Positions 1 to 14,687 of a DNA stretch of 64,000 nt are shown here, one piece after another (positions within the stretch are counted from its first letter, which is position 1; each line of letters begins with the position of its first letter). The notes under the pieces are model-generated. The model did no database searches and had not been told where the DNA came from. It saw only the letters and a program-made list of their open reading frames with translations. The translations under genes and the position numbers were made by a program. Origin of the DNA: Piromyces finnis finn (Eukaryota > Fungi > Neocallimastigomycota); assembly GCA_002104945.1 (NCBI GenBank), contig MCFH01000001.1, positions 1,798,001 to 1,862,000 of the forward strand, given 5' to 3'.

Positions 1-3000
1 TATGTTAGTGTTTAAATTATGTATCATAGAAAGAAAGAAAAAAGTATTGTATTATTAATTAATTTTGAATAATTATCCAAGTTATATAAATATCTTACAC
101 ATATTAATAGTAAAAAGTGTAATTTTATTTCAATACATCAAATTTTTTCACCATCTTTGACTTCTTTCAATAATTTATTATGATAAATCAAAAAAAGAAA
201 AAAAAATGCAATTATTATATAAATAATATTATTTATACAAATATATATATTTTTTTATTCATAAATATAACAGATAACTTAGATCACTAGAAAATTAAAT
301 ATCTTATAAACAAAAGAATTATTATATATTTTATTGTATTTTTTATTTGTATTTGTATATTTTACAATTCTGTAGTTAATCATATATATATTAATTACAT
401 ATAAAGAATTTATTACTATATTATTTATATTTTAGTTATATAAAATTCATACTATATATATATTATAAATTATTTAATTAAATAAACGATGATAAAAAAA
501 AATACAGTAAATAATTAATGCCGTTTTATTTTTATTTGTATTACTATTGACCTTTTTTTTTTATTTTTTATTTAGTATTTAGTAAAAAGCTTTACAAAAT
601 TATATTATTAATATTGTTATTATATATTTTTTTTTAGTCAATATTTAATTATAATCAATTAAAATGTATATACATATTTTAGTATTTTCTATATTATTTT
701 TATATAAAGAAAATATAAATAATCTAATTTTCCCCGCCGCTATTGAATTATTTTAATTTCCAAATTAAAGAAGATATTACAATAATTAATATTAATTTAT
801 CAACTGTTAATGTCATTAAATAATAAATGGAAAATAATCACTTCATCTATATATGCTGCCTAGCGAAGTAAAGTAATTTTAAAATAAAATATATTTATAA
901 AAAGTTTATATAATTTATTTAAGTATTATAACTATTACCATTTTAAACTAAAAAATAAGAAGAGAATTTTTATATAGCAATATATATCCAAAAATATAAT
1001 ACTTTTGAATTAAGGAGTCATTTTAAAAAAAAGTGTATATAACTAAAATATTAAAACATTATAATTTTTTAAGAATAACAATGGATTTTTATATATTAAT
1101 TTATGCCATTCATATTCTTATCATGACTATTTTTTATTTTAATAACTATTATATCCACTTAATATCATAAATAACAATTAAAATTATATATATAAAAAAA
1201 ATTAAAAGGATTTGTTCCTCTTAAAAATAATAATTATAAAATAAATTAATTTGATTATTATAGATATTTATAATTATAAAAAATAGATAATTATAATAAC
1301 TATTATTAACATAAATATTATTTCCCTTATTACTATTATCCATAACATTTGAGCTAATCTTTAGATATGTTATAGTTAGTTCAATTTATTTGTATATTTT
1401 CCAACTTTTGATAATTAATAAATTAATAATAAATAAATAAAAAATAATATTATTAATAATATTTCTTAAAGTCATAAATATGTTTATTTTTCTTTTTCTT
1501 TTTGAATTTCAACAGTTTTAAATTTTTCCTTTTTTTTCTTTGATTTTTACTTTTTTATTTATATCTTTGGAATATTCCTTTTTAATTCAAAAAGATTATT
1601 TTATATTCTAACCCTTTTATGTTTTTAAAATTTAACTTTTTAAAGTTTATTATATATTAAACAATATTAAGTGATCAATATTCAATCAAATTGTGTGAAA
1701 AATAATAATTTCATATGAAAATTTTTATATTTAAAAATAACTAAAATTTTATTTACATTTTAAAAATATTCAAGTGTTCAATAATAAATATAACAAATGA
1801 ACTTGAATAAGTGTAACAAATAATGAAATGCTATTATTTTTACTACTTATAAATAATTTATGACAATATTGCTAATTTCTATTAAAATAAATTATCAATT
1901 ATTTGATGTTCTCAAACATACCAAACATATGAATAAAAACATTAAACATTCAATTTTTATAAGGTGATAATTAAAACTATTTATAATCATTGTTAATAAT
2001 TTTAATCTTAATAGAGCTATCAATAAATTGTATTGGTTGAAAATTATTTTTAATTGAGAATTCTTGAGTGGATTTATTATTATAATTTTTTTTGATATTG
2101 TTTTTAGATTTAATATGAATTAAGGTTTATTATGTATAATAGTTGGATAACTCATTTAAATGAAACATCAAAAGTTTCTTTTATTGAAAGAGAAAAGAGA
2201 TGAAATATACGAAAGTAAGGAACAATGAATTAATTATTTTATAAAACATTTAATAATACTATTACGCATAGAACATATAAATATTATTTATTTTAATTTT
2301 AGAATAGAAGGAATAAAAAAATTCTAGCACTAATTTTTTTTCATAGTAATCCTACATATAAACCAAAGGAAAAATGACTTAATAAATTTCATAGTATAAG
2401 AAATGGACAAATAATAAAGTGATAACGTAATAGTTTTAAATCAGTTTAAACCTAATATTATCCATGTTTTGATTCTATTTTTTTACATCTACTTTTTTTC
2501 TTTGTTACTAAAAAATTCTACATTTTATTTATATATTTCTAGAGTTGTATACAACAATAATTATTAACAGGTTATTGTTTTATATATACAATTATGTACG
2601 CTTATATATTTTTATAATCATGTATAGCAATAATTATCAACAGCTTCTGTTATTGCTTTGCTAATATGATCCATACATAAAAAATAACAAAATGCTCATT
2701 TAAAAAAAACACAATTATCCTATACCTTTTTACCTACCTACCTATTCCATAAACATTAATTTTTATGTGGTGGTGGATAGTAAATTAATTGATTTAAAGT
2801 TTTTTATAAAGACAAGTAAGTTGACTTTATAATATAATAATCATATATATTATACATAAATTATATATTAAAATAATTGAATTAAACAATAAAAAAATTT
2901 AAATTAATTGTCATCATAAAACCTTATTCACTTCTAACGAATTATTATTGAGATTAACTTTTTAATTTAATTTAACCATTTAGAGTAGTTAGCCAATTGA

Positions 3001-3816
3001 TATATTATTATATATTAAATATAATTACAATATGTAATAATGAATGTTTGTAATATGTGGTAACCATATATTATTTGTCAATTTATAATACAACAAAAAA
3101 AATAAATCTTTTTTTTTTTTCACAATAATAAACTCTAATATAATAATATGGAAAAATAAAAATATTATTGATGTGAATTTAATTATAAATCAATATAAAT
3201 TATATATATAATATATGTGAATTATAGGAATTTAAACACCTTAAAATTGAAAGATATATTATATTGTAATATATAAATGTTGTAAATAAAAAAGGAATGA
3301 ATAACAAATTTTCTATTAAACCAAAATTAGTATTATATATTTTTCTATTTTAATTTATTTAAATTAACGATTCCTTTTCAATTTTTTAATATACCAGAAT
3401 CAATAAATAAATATTCTTCATATATTAAATTATATAAGAAAAAATCATACTACAATTTTTTTTTTTTTTTCAACCTTCCACACAATACCAAAGAATTTAG
3501 ATTTAGTATACTATATATATATATGATTTTTTTTCTTTTTTTTTTTTTTTTATATCAACATAGTTTTCAATTAGATAATTGTAAAATAATAAAAAAAAAG
3601 TTGTTAGTAATATAAATTTTATATAAATATATTGTTGAGTAAAAAAATACTAAAAACAAACAAACAAAAAATAAATAAATAAATAAAAAAAAAAACTAAA
3701 AAATAAATTGTAAAACACTATAGATAAATCTTAAAAAACAAAAGAGTAATATTAATAAATATTATTTATTTTTAAAGACATTTGAAGTACATTATAATAA
3801 TAAAAGACAAATAAAG

Positions 3817-4162
3817 GTAAAATTTATATGAAAAAAAAAAAAAAATAGATAAAAGTAATATAGAAATGAAAATTAATAAGAAACACTTTTTTTTTGTTTG
3901 ATTTTAATATATTTATAAGCTTTTTTTTATAAAATAAAATCGAAAATTATTAATAATAATGATTTTATTTTATTGGAAGTTGTAAAGTTCATTGTTTTAT
4001 TACAATAATATTTTGTAATATATTTTTTATAAGATATTATTGTATGATTGTATTATGAAGATGTTTTTTTTTTTTTTTTTTTTTGGAAAATGAAAAAATG
4101 TTAAATTATATATTTTCAAAAGTATATTTGTACTAACTTTTAAATGTTTTTATATATAATAG
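3817..4162 (+). other. Probable 5'-UTR intron of the Sec14 gene
   Basis: AG|GTAAAA donor at 3817, perfect TACTAAC branch point at 4131-4137, and a TAG acceptor ending at 4162, about 140 nt upstream of the ATG at 4302. Confidence 0.4.
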
Positions 4163-4301
4163 ATAAATAGACGATAATATTGTAAATATAATTATAAAAA
4201 TAAAAGTAAATAATTACAACAAAGACAAATAAAGACTATATAAAATAACTTTCAAATCATTTAATCAATAATAAAGAAATCAAATTATAAATTATAATAA
4301 A

Positions 4302-5366
4302 ATGGAATATAAATTATTAGGTGGTAGATATGGTAATCTTACCAAAGAACAAGAAGAAATTTTAAGAGAATTTATTTTAAAAGTTAAAAAGGAAGGATTA
4401 TATTGTGAAGAAAGACATGATATTCATTACTTTTTAAGATTTTTAAGAGCTAGAAATTTTAATATAGAAAAAACTTATCAAATGTTTTCCAATTGTGAAC
4501 AATGGAGAAAAGATAATAAAATTGATGAACTTTACGAAACATTTACTTATCCAGAATTAGGCAAAGTTGAAAAAATATACCCAAAGTTTTACCATAATGT
4601 TGATAGTCTTGGTCGACCAATTTACTTTGAACAATTTGGTAATCTCAATGTTAAAAAGTTATTTGAAGCTACTACTGAAGAAAGACTTCTTAACTATGTT
4701 ATCATTGATTATGAAATTGGTTTACGTAAGCGTTTCCCAAGTTGTTCCAATGCTGCTGGTCATCATGTTGAAACAGGATTAACAATTATGGATTTAAAGG
4801 ATGCAAGTGTTATGAATTTCTCAAAATGTTTTAATTTCATTAAGAAAACCAGTAAGATTGCTTCTGATTATTATCCAGAATGTATGGGTAATCTCTTTGT
4901 CATAAATGCCCCAAAAGCTTTCACTATGTGTTGGAAGCTCATTAAAGGCATTCTTGATCCAGTTACAGCTGAAAAAATTCAAATTTTAGGAAAAAATTAT
5001 GAAAGTATTTTATTAAAATATGCTTCTCCAGAAAATTTACCAAAGGCCTTTGGTGGTACTTGTGAATGTGCTAATGGATGTAGTCATAGTAATGTTGGCC
5101 CTTGGGAGGATCCAAAATATAATCATCCAGAAGAAATGGAAATTACTGTCGAAGAATTCTTAAAAAAATTTGAGAATACAGAATCAGCAATACAAGAAAA
5201 TGCTAGTGATAATGACAGTGAATTTACTTTATCTGAATTCAATAAGGTTGAAACAGGAAAAGAACAAATAAAATCTGACAATTTAACAACCAACGATAAC
5301 AATACTTTACCATCACCACCACAATCACCATTATCTAATTCTGATATAATCACACAATGCAATTAA
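4302..5366 (+). CDS. SEC14: Sec14-like phosphatidylinositol/phosphatidylcholine transfer protein (CRAL-TRIO N + CRAL-TRIO), with an acidic/Ser-rich C-terminal extension
   Basis: Single 354-aa ORF with Sec14 hallmarks: LRFLRARNF, YPKFYH-D--GRPIYFEQFG, IMDLK, DYYPECMG-LFVINAP, LDPVTAEKIQILG, NLPKAFGGTCEC--GC--SNVGPW. Confidence 0.93.
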   Translation: MEYKLLGGRYGNLTKEQEEILREFILKVKKEGLYCEERHDIHYFLRFLRARNFNIEKTYQMFSNCEQWRKDNKIDELYETFTYPELGKVEKIYPKFYHNVDSLGRPIYFEQFGNLNVKKLFEATTEERLLNYVIIDYEIGLRKRFPSCSNAAGHHVETGLTIMDLKDASVMNFSKCFNFIKKTSKIASDYYPECMGNLFVINAPKAFTMCWKLIKGILDPVTAEKIQILGKNYESILLKYASPENLPKAFGGTCECANGCSHSNVGPWEDPKYNHPEEMEITVEEFLKKFENTESAIQENASDNDSEFTLSEFNKVETGKEQIKSDNLTTNDNNTLPSPPQSPLSNSDIITQCN

Positions 5367-6040
5367 ATTCAAATTTAGAGAAAGGTTGAAAACGAAAATA
5401 GATAACTTATAAAAAAGAAAAATTAATCAAATTCACACTTCATATTTTATTTTAATTAAATTATATATATGTTTATATATATATGTATAAATATTTTTTT
5501 TAATACAATAATATATAATTTTATTCTATCAGTTTATCAAATGTTATCACATAAATGAACATGAATAATTTCTTATTTATTTATTCTATATTCGTTATCA
5601 CTTTTCTTTTAATTTTAATGATAGTAGAAAACAAGAAAAGAAGAAAACAACAAACAAAATTCAAGTTAAATTTCATATCATATCTAAACCATACAATAAT
5701 CTATAATAATCTATGAAGAGTAATAACAAATATTATACCTTAATTTTTTTTTATTTTTTTAAATGTACTAATACCAATATTAATTATAGTTAGAAAATAA
5801 AAAAAGAAGGAAAGAAAGAAAAAAAAAAAAGTATATACATTATTTATATAATTAAATTTTTTATATAATTATATATATATATTATCTCTCTCTGCTTTAA
5901 TAATTTATAATTATTATTAATAAATATATAAATATATATGTAGTATTTAAGTATAGTACTTTGAATTATTTATAAGTAGTAGTTTAAAAAGATAAATATT
6001 ATTGTTTTCTAATTCATAACAAAAACTAAAAAAAAAAAAA

Positions 6041-6075
<35 letters not shown>

Positions 6076-6783
6076 AAATGTAATAAATAATTAAAAATAT
6101 ATATGTAAAATATAATAAAATAAATGAAAAAAAAAAATAAATAAAAGATAAAAAAAAAAAAAAAGAAAAATTATTCTAATCAATGGAGGAGACTTTTGCT
6201 TTTATATTATTAACATAAACATCATTATTGGTCGATAGATAATATGTAAATGGATGGTCCCTTGTTTAACCTAATTTTTTTTTTTTGTATTACATTTATC
6301 ACCCTTAATTGCACGTTTTTTTTTTTGTTAAACCTTCATCATACTATTTAAAAATAATTTTTTTTTTTTTTTTTTATAATTGTACTTTGACTTTTATATA
6401 TAAATTTTTTATTTCTCTTTTTTATTAAAGCATTTTTATTTTTATTATTAGCTTTTTATCATATTTATTTGCAATTTTTATGTTTTTTATAAAAATTGAA
6501 TTTATATATATATATTTTTTATAATTATTACTAACTATATTAGTAAAAATTAATGTATAAAAGATTAAAATTAATATATTAAACAAAGTTTTAAAAAATT
6601 ACATTTATTCATTTATTTTGCTTTTCTTATTTTTTTTTTTTATTATTTATTTATTTTTTTTTATATTTTGCATTTTATATATTAAAATAATAATAATATT
6701 ACAGTGGGTTAGGATAAAACGTTTAATACTGCTAATAAGGCTTATTATTATTATTATTATTATTATTATTTTGTAAATTAAAG

Positions 6784-8549
6784 TTATAGTTTTGAAAGGA
6801 TTTCTGGTGTAAGTAAAGTTGTAGAGAAAGGCAAATCTAAATCAGGTAATTCAGTGGCATATTTATCTTTTTCATCTTCACTTGTTAACATTTCTAATAT
6901 CCATTGGCCCAATTGTTCAAAATCTTCTATATCATTATAAACTTGGGCAGAGACACGAATCCACCATCTACCACCATGTTTAAATACAGTAACAGAGGCT
7001 TGATGCCTTATTATTAATTCCTTTTGGAATCTTTTCATATATTCTTCACTACGCTCTTGAGTTGGGAGACGAACATTTACCATTGCAGGAATAAGTGCTT
7101 CACCATGATCAGCACCAGTACCTGTACGACCTAAACCAAGTAATACCTCAGTACCTAACATTTCAGCAATTCTTCTACCACCTTCTACAGCAAGTTTATG
7201 ATTATGTTGACGAATGACTTCTTCACCACCAAGCCATCTTCTCCATTCTCTAGCAACTGGAATAGTTAAATATGTGGTATAATCAACAGTACCCATCCAT
7301 GAAAATTCATCCTTGAAATTACCAGTACCATAAGTTGGAATGGTTGGATGAACATATTGTTGCCATTTTGGATCAACATATAATATACCAACTGGTCTAG
7401 CAGAGAAGAACCATTTATGAGTATTACAAACCTTTTAATATTAAAATTATATATGAAAAAAAAAAAAAAAGGAAAGAGAAAATATAAAATATAAAATATG
7501 GATGATAATAATAATAGATATAAAAGAAAATGTTAATTTTAATATGTAATATATAAGAAATAGTGAATAAATAGTTTTAAATAGGTCATCAAGAGAAAAA
7601 CTTTTTTTTTTTTTTTCTTCTTCCTCAAATTATTAATATATATAATAATTCATTTTAATATTATATAATTTTTTTTAATTACCAAGAAATCGGGTGAACA
7701 ATTTCTAATATTAACTGGAACTTGACCAAGGGCATGAGCAGCATCAATCATGACCATAATACCATGACCTTGACATAATCTTATTAATCTTTCATATGGT
7801 AATATAACACTTGGAAGTGTAGAAATAATTTCAAAGTTTGCTAGAAGGACAGTATCATCAATAGCAGCACGAACTCTTGATATAAGAGCAGAATCAGATA
7901 TTGGATAGGTTAATGGAATTTCACGTACTTCAAAATTATCGATTTTTGCAATATATTTAATAGCTTGTTTGACACCTTCATGATTAATACTTAAAATTAA
8001 AATCTTATTTCTCTTTTTTAATAATTTTAATTTATTTAACTCATATTTTTCTGCACGACGAGCATGAGCTTCTGCTAATTGACGAAGAGAACGTAAAACA
8101 CAGTTTACACCTGAGGTAACATTATGAACAAATACTAAATTTTTTGGATCAGCATTAACTAATTCGCCAGCACATTCTAAAGCAGTTTCTGATAAGTTTC
8201 TTAAATTTAAACTAATAAAACTATCTGGGCTAGCTTCTACCCAGGCTCTAAAGTGAGCATGGGTTTGTTCTACAAAGCGGGGGATTGAACCAAAAGAACC
8301 GTGATTTAATGGTGTAGAGGTTGAAGAAAGGAAGAAATGTGGTCTTAAAGCTTTACCAAATGGTGGTGGTGGATAGTTTGGTAATTTAAATGGTAAACAA
8401 GCAGAAACTGTAGGTTCTGAACTTTGACCAACTGGATGTGGAGCTGGTAATGATTCTCCTTGTGGACTTTCTTTTTCAATTTCCTCTGATGTTAAAGTTT
8501 GGTTTTCAATATCATCATCTTTTACGGGTAAATCTGTAGTTTTTGGCAT
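6784..8549 (-). CDS. PLP-dependent class V aminotransferase-family enzyme (hercynylcysteine sulfoxide lyase Egt2 / L-cysteine desulfhydrase / CefD-like); 2 exons: 8549-7683 and 7431-6784
   Basis: Motifs LNHGSFG, NVTSGVN, DAAHALG. Splicing TTG|GTAATT...AAG|GTT joins SPDFL to VCNTHKWFFSARP (PLP-lysine motif), which continues in frame into the 170-aa ORF (WMGTVDY, VRLP, WIRVSAQVYNDIEDF). Confidence 0.85.
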
Positions 8550-10380
8550 TTTATTATTATTATTTTTTTTATGGTGGTTACGGTGAAATTATAATTGTTA
8601 TATGAGTATTTAATGTTTATGTATACTATATCCAAAAAAAAGGAGAATTTTATTGTAATTAATAAAGTGAAATAATTTTTTATTAAATTTTATTTTAATA
8701 ATGATAATTATATTTATATTTTTGGTTGGATAAATAATAACAATAAATATTATATTATTAAATTATAACCATTAATATTATATATGAAAATATTGGAAAA
8801 AAAATAATATATTATTAAGAATGAAATATACTTTTTTTAAAGATAATATTACTTTAATAAAAATCCTGTTTTAATTCAATATCAATCGTATAAATAATAT
8901 ATATGTTGATTGTGTAAATAATATTAGTTTATAATTTATATTTTTATGTATGGAATAAAATACATTACTTTTTTGCCTATGAAAAATAATAATAAAAAAA
9001 ATATTTATATAGATAGTTATATATAATTATATGTTATAAAATATAAAGATAAAAAAAAATATTTAGTTATTCATTTTCTTTGCTAAATTATTTATAACTT
9101 CCTGTTTATTATTATTACTACTATTATTATTATTTTATATTTAATTTATTTTTTTTTTAAAAAAAAAAAGAAATACTATTAATATGATAAATACTTTTAT
9201 ATCAAAGATGCCTTTAAATACAATGAAAAAAAAAAAAAAAGGATAATTAATTGTAATATTTTTAACTTAAATTATGGCTTTTTTAATTAATATATTTAAT
9301 ATTATTTATTTATTAAATATATTCTTTTTTTCTTTTTCTAATATAGATACTGTATATACTTTATTATTTTATTTTCCAAAGAAAAAAAAAAGACGTTTTA
9401 GGCTATTTACTTTGATAATTATTAGAAAAAGAAAAAAAAAAAAATAAAAATAAAAAAAAAAGGAAAATATATAAATTAGTATAATTTCTTGAAAAAAAAT
9501 ATATTACTACTTTTAAATATATTAAATTTTATATTTTAATTAAAAAAAATTTTATTTATATTATATTTTAAATTCTATCTTAAAAGAATTCATTTTAATA
9601 TTTAATAAATAGTTTTTTTTAAGAAAATAAAATATTCATATGAATATTTAATAACACATGATCACATAATTATATATATTATTTACATATTTTTATAAAT
9701 TATATAATATAAAGTTTAATTTCAATGTAGTTATTTTTTTCCAATAAGATTTTGTTATTCACCACCAAACATATAAATCCATCACATATTAAATATATAT
9801 AAACTTTAATTATTAATATTATTTAAAATTAAAAAAAATGAATTATACATAAAACATAATTAGTTTTTAGTTATTTTAATTCAGAAATAGAAGAGCTCTT
9901 ATGAATATGTTTTTTTTTTTTAAAAAAATTCAAAAAGCCTTTAATATATAATCTTTTTAATGTTAAAAAGGAAGGGAAAAAAAGGTTAATTAATATATAG
10001 TAATATATAGTACTTAAATTTTAATATAGAATTATTATCATAATCAAATATTAAATCATATTACAACTGTATCTTGGATTTTTTTTTACAAAAGAAATTA
10101 TTAGTATTGTGATATATGATATTATTAAATATTTTATAGTTTTTTTTTATTTTTTTTTTTTCATTATTTTAAAAGGAATATACTTTTTTTATTTTTTGAA
10201 GATTACATTTATCTTTTTTTTTTTTTTTTTTTTTTATACTTTAGACCTGCTGAATTATAATTCTTATTATTATTCTTATTATTATTAACTATTTTATTTA
10301 TTAGTATATCTATATTATCATAAATAAAATAAAAAAATAATTATCTTAATAAAATCCTTATATTGTTTAATATTATTTGT

Positions 10381-11707
10381 TTATCCCCAAAGAGATGTAA
10401 TACCGTTAGCTGGAACTGTTGCTGAAATCATACCATTTTGAGACTTTGAGTTATTACTATTTATTATTGGTGCTGGAGCAACCTTTGATTGTTTAGATTT
10501 AACAGTATTTGACTTTGGCTTTGGTGGAGCAACATATTTATAACCAACATTTAATCTTTGTTGTTCTAATCTATGTTGTCTTAATCTTTGTTCTTGTAAT
10601 TCTCTTTCACGTTGCTTTTCTAACTTTTTTTTTTCATTCTTTTTTCTATTTTCTTTTTGCTTTTTAGTTAATGGTTCTTCTTTTGGCTTTCTAATATAAT
10701 CTTTATATACAACTGGTGTTGGCGATGAGGCAGATTTAATAACTAATACATCTAATAATAATAAAAAATAAAAATAAAAAAAGTTCACATTAATAAAAAT
10801 ATAAAAAATAAAATAGATGAAGAAGAAACAACTATATTAATTAAAAAAAATGTTATTAAAATTAATTTTAGTAAAAGAAATAAAAAAAGTAAGATATAAT
10901 CATATTTAAAAGGGGTTAAACAAAATAATAAGAAAAATTGAAATTAAATTTTTGAAATTTGCAATAAATATATATCAATTAAAGATTTTTGTAATTTCTT
11001 AAAAAACATAAAAATCATTAAGGCAATATAGAATAAAACTTACTAGCTTTTTTTGGAACAACATTTTTCCATCCATCAACTTCAGGTGGTAATTCAACCT
11101 TTTCAAATTCTTCTTTCTTTTCAACAACTCTAACAACTTTAATTTCTCCATCTGAAATTTCTTCATCATCTGAACTAATATATTTTTGATTTTCTTGAAC
11201 AATATGTTTTCTATATCTTCTATTGGTGACAGGAAGTGAAACATTTTGGATAACAACAGGCTTATCTGATGATTTTTTTACATGTTCATCACTGTCATCT
11301 ATATTACTACTAGAATTAACATCAGAAATTTCTTTATCATAATGGGTAATATTAAATTCATTATTATTATTAATTGCTTTATTTTTTTGTTTTTGAGCAG
11401 CAGTTTTAGCAGCTTCTTTCTTTTCTTCATTTATTTTATCTAAACTTGGCCATTCATTTTCATCAAGTTCATTACTTTTTCCTTTTGGTGGTGTATTTTT
11501 TTTTTGCATTTTTTGATTTAATTTGGCTTGAACTTGCTGGGTCTGAGCTTTTGATTTAGCTTTTTTATTCTTTTTCTTTTTTGTTTTTGTTGAAGTCTTA
11601 ATTTCTCTGCTAGAGGTGGTATCTTTATCTTTTGGTGGTTCTGGCAATTTAGATATTATGACATAAAAGATTAATGCCATTATTATTAATCCATAAAACC
11701 AATGCAT
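10381..11707 (-). CDS. Uncharacterised 344-aa protein with an N-terminal transmembrane anchor, Lys-rich region and C-terminal coiled coil; 2 exons: 11707-11044 and 10751-10381
   Basis: The 229-aa and 135-aa ORFs join in frame through GCT A|GTAAGT...TTAG|AT GTA (KKA-N-VLVIKS). Exon lengths 664+371=1035 nt. N-terminus is hydrophobic (MHWFYGLIIMALIFYVII); C-terminus has EPLTKKQKENRKKNEKKKLEKQRERE. Confidence 0.75.
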
Positions 11708-12758
11708 TTTGAGCTTTTATTATATAGTTACTTTAAAAATTGTATTATTATTTTTTTTTATATTGTTTTATTATTATAATTTTTTCAAGTATTAAATATA
11801 TTTATTATACAACAATTCTTATATACTTCTTTTTCTTTTCTTTCTTTCTTTTTTTTTTTTTTTTTTTTTTTTAAAGGAATAAAGAAATATTTTATAATTA
11901 ATAATTAATCCAAACCAAATTTCAAATACAAACTAATTTAAAAATAATTATTAATTTATTTTGTAATGTACCAATTAATAAAACATAAAATTTTAAAATT
12001 AAAGTTTGAAAGTGGAAAATATTATATTTCCAAGAATGAATTTAAATAAATAAACATTATGCAACTGAAATGTTTTATTTATTAAAGATAACATTTCAGT
12101 TATATTCATCATTTATTATTGTAAAGTTTCTTGATATAGTTAATGTAATTTATTTTATATATATATATTACTATTATTTATTATTTAAAATCTTTCTTTT
12201 ATAAAATAATAAAGAATATTAAATTTTATATACTACTAAATTAAAATTTTTCTTCAAAGCAACTTCTAATAATATTGATACATTATATATAAATTTACAT
12301 ATAATTAAAATTAAGATTATATATTATTTTTTTGTTGTATCATTATTATTATTTTCATTATTATTCTAGTGTACATATTAATATTAATTTTATTAATAAA
12401 TTTTATAAATACAAAGATAATAATCCTTATAAATTAAATAACAATGAAATATGGTCTATTTATAATATTATGCGTAATAATAATGATGATATAAAAAAAT
12501 ACAAATATAATACAACATTGATAATTAATATTGTTATTATTATTATCATTTTTATTATTATTAAAATATTATTATTATTGTCATTATTCATTTATGAGGT
12601 TAATGAAACTCAATTATTTAATATTTATTTATTCAACTTATTTTTAATCTGTATAATTGAGATACTCTTTCCTTTAGTTATATAAGTCAAATTTCAAATT
12701 GTCTGTTTTTTATGTTATTATTTAATTACTTTACGTTTTAGAATATCATATAGCTTAT

Positions 12759-14687
12759 TTATAGAAGATAGTATGCGATTGCTATAATACAATATGCGGA
12801 TATGAGCATTATCCCTTCTAACCAGTTACTTTTACCATCATTTATTAATTGATTTACTATTAAAACAGAAACAAAGACGATTACTGTTTCGAATAAACTG
12901 AAAACTAATGTAAGGTCTATATTAATTATCCAACCAACAATAACTAAGAATGGAATAACCATTAAAGCGATTTGCATAGACGAACCTATAGCAACACCAA
13001 TAGCTAAATCCATTTTGTTTTTTAATGCTACTGTAACTGCAGTAATATTTTCAGCTAGGTTACCAACAATTGGTAAAAGAATTAAACCAACAAATGTTGG
13101 CGATAAATTCCAGTTTTGAGATATACCATCAATTGAATCAACTAAGTATTCAGCACAGATAGAAATAAGAATTGTTATAATTATTAATAATGTAATGGCA
13201 AATGAATATGAGAGTGTTGCTTCATCAGGATCGTTTTCACTTTCTTCTTGTTCTTCATCTCCTTCTTCAAGTCTTCTTTGTTGACTTAAACTTTCATATT
13301 CCATACTATTTGTATGAACAAATATTGAATTATTGTTAGTTGATTTGAAATATCTTGAATGGGTTTTTAATTGAAATACCAAATATAATCCATATACAAT
13401 AAGCATAATAATTGAAGTATATCTCGAGAATTTTATTTCCCTATCATCTTTATCACTTATACTGTTTAAAATAATATAATAATAATATATCATAAAAAAT
13501 TATAAAAGAATTTATTAAATAATAAGTATATTTAGATATGTGCAATTATTAATAAGATTAGAATTAAATAATTTTGAATATTTTTATTTCAATCAGCAAT
13601 TTACTTTTTTTCTTCATCATTAAATGCAATTGGTAAAACAATCATGAAAATGGTCATTACTAATAAAGAAGCTGAAGTATTACTTGAAATTGTATTAAAG
13701 GTCTTTGATCATATAGTGTTATAAATATTAATTTATTTTTTTTTTTTTACATAAACACTTATAAAAAATAAATAGTTTCTATTCATCATATTTACCTGAT
13801 ATTTATGATTTAGACCACCAAGGAAAAAACATAATCCAAGAACTAATAAAAGATTAGATAAAAGCGAACCTATGATTGAACTACATTATAATTTCTAAGA
13901 GCTTAATAATATTATAAGATTATGTATTAAATATACTTATATACTTACGCCTTAACAACATCGATAAGACCTTCTTTTAAAGCCATGACACCTATAATCT
14001 TTTTAAAATTATAAATATTTATATCAAAATAAATAAATAAGTAAATATTTAATTATATTACAATATAAAAATAATATATATATATTATATATATTACTAA
14101 TTCAACAGCGTTTCCAAAAGTAGCATTTAACAATCCTCCAATTGTTTCAGAAGTCCTTAGACTTAATTCTTCTGTTGCATATCTAATTATTATTAAAAGA
14201 ATTGTTGTTTTAGTTTCAATATTATATTACTATTTAGCTAATTTCTAATTTATTTTAAATGTAAAGAAATATTAAAATACCCGAGTAGTTTTGCTAATGC
14301 TAATATAATATGATATTTATTATTTTTATTCATAGTTTTGAAAAAATATTAATTAATATTATCTTTATTTTATAATATAAATATGATACTTTTATTGACA
14401 TTAATATATTCATTAAGTATTAACATTTTTTACTAACGTATAATTGAAATAAAATTGCAAAGGAAAATTGTAGTTTCGTTCATTCCTAATATGGCACTAA
14501 ATATACCAAATGGAATAAATATCAAAAGAATATTCAAACTGGAGCTTTTGTATGCATTTTTAAAAGAAGTTTTGAAATTTAATAAATTTTTTGGATGATG
14601 AGTTTGATAAAGATTTGGATTATCTGTAGCATTGCTATTATTCATTTGATTTTCATTTGTTAAAAGAGGTTGATATTCATTTGGCAT
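12759..14687 (-). CDS. VCX1: Vacuolar Ca2+/H+ exchanger (CAX/Vcx1 family), about 7 exons including a 19-nt microexon at 14299-14281
   Basis: Spliced reading gives [36 protein letters not shown] (alpha-1 repeat), [22 protein letters not shown], and a last exon with [32 protein letters not shown] (alpha-2 repeat) and DGKSNWLEG. Confidence 0.93.

Noticed and set aside
1480-2700. Purine-skewed patches that could be degraded coding or transposon remnants
   Set aside because: Only short broken frames, with no recognisable motif, terminal repeat or TSD.
10752-10788. Apparent signal peptide (MNFFYFYFLLLL) of the 135-aa ORF, suggesting a small secreted protein
   Set aside because: It is the translated T-rich 3' end of an intron. 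The real exon starts at 10751 and splices in frame to the upstream ORF.
12332-12685. 117-aa plus-strand ORF
   Set aside because: TTG start, Ile/Asn/Tyr low-complexity composition typical of AT-rich UTR or intergenic DNA, and it lies at the 3' end of VCX1 on the opposite strand.
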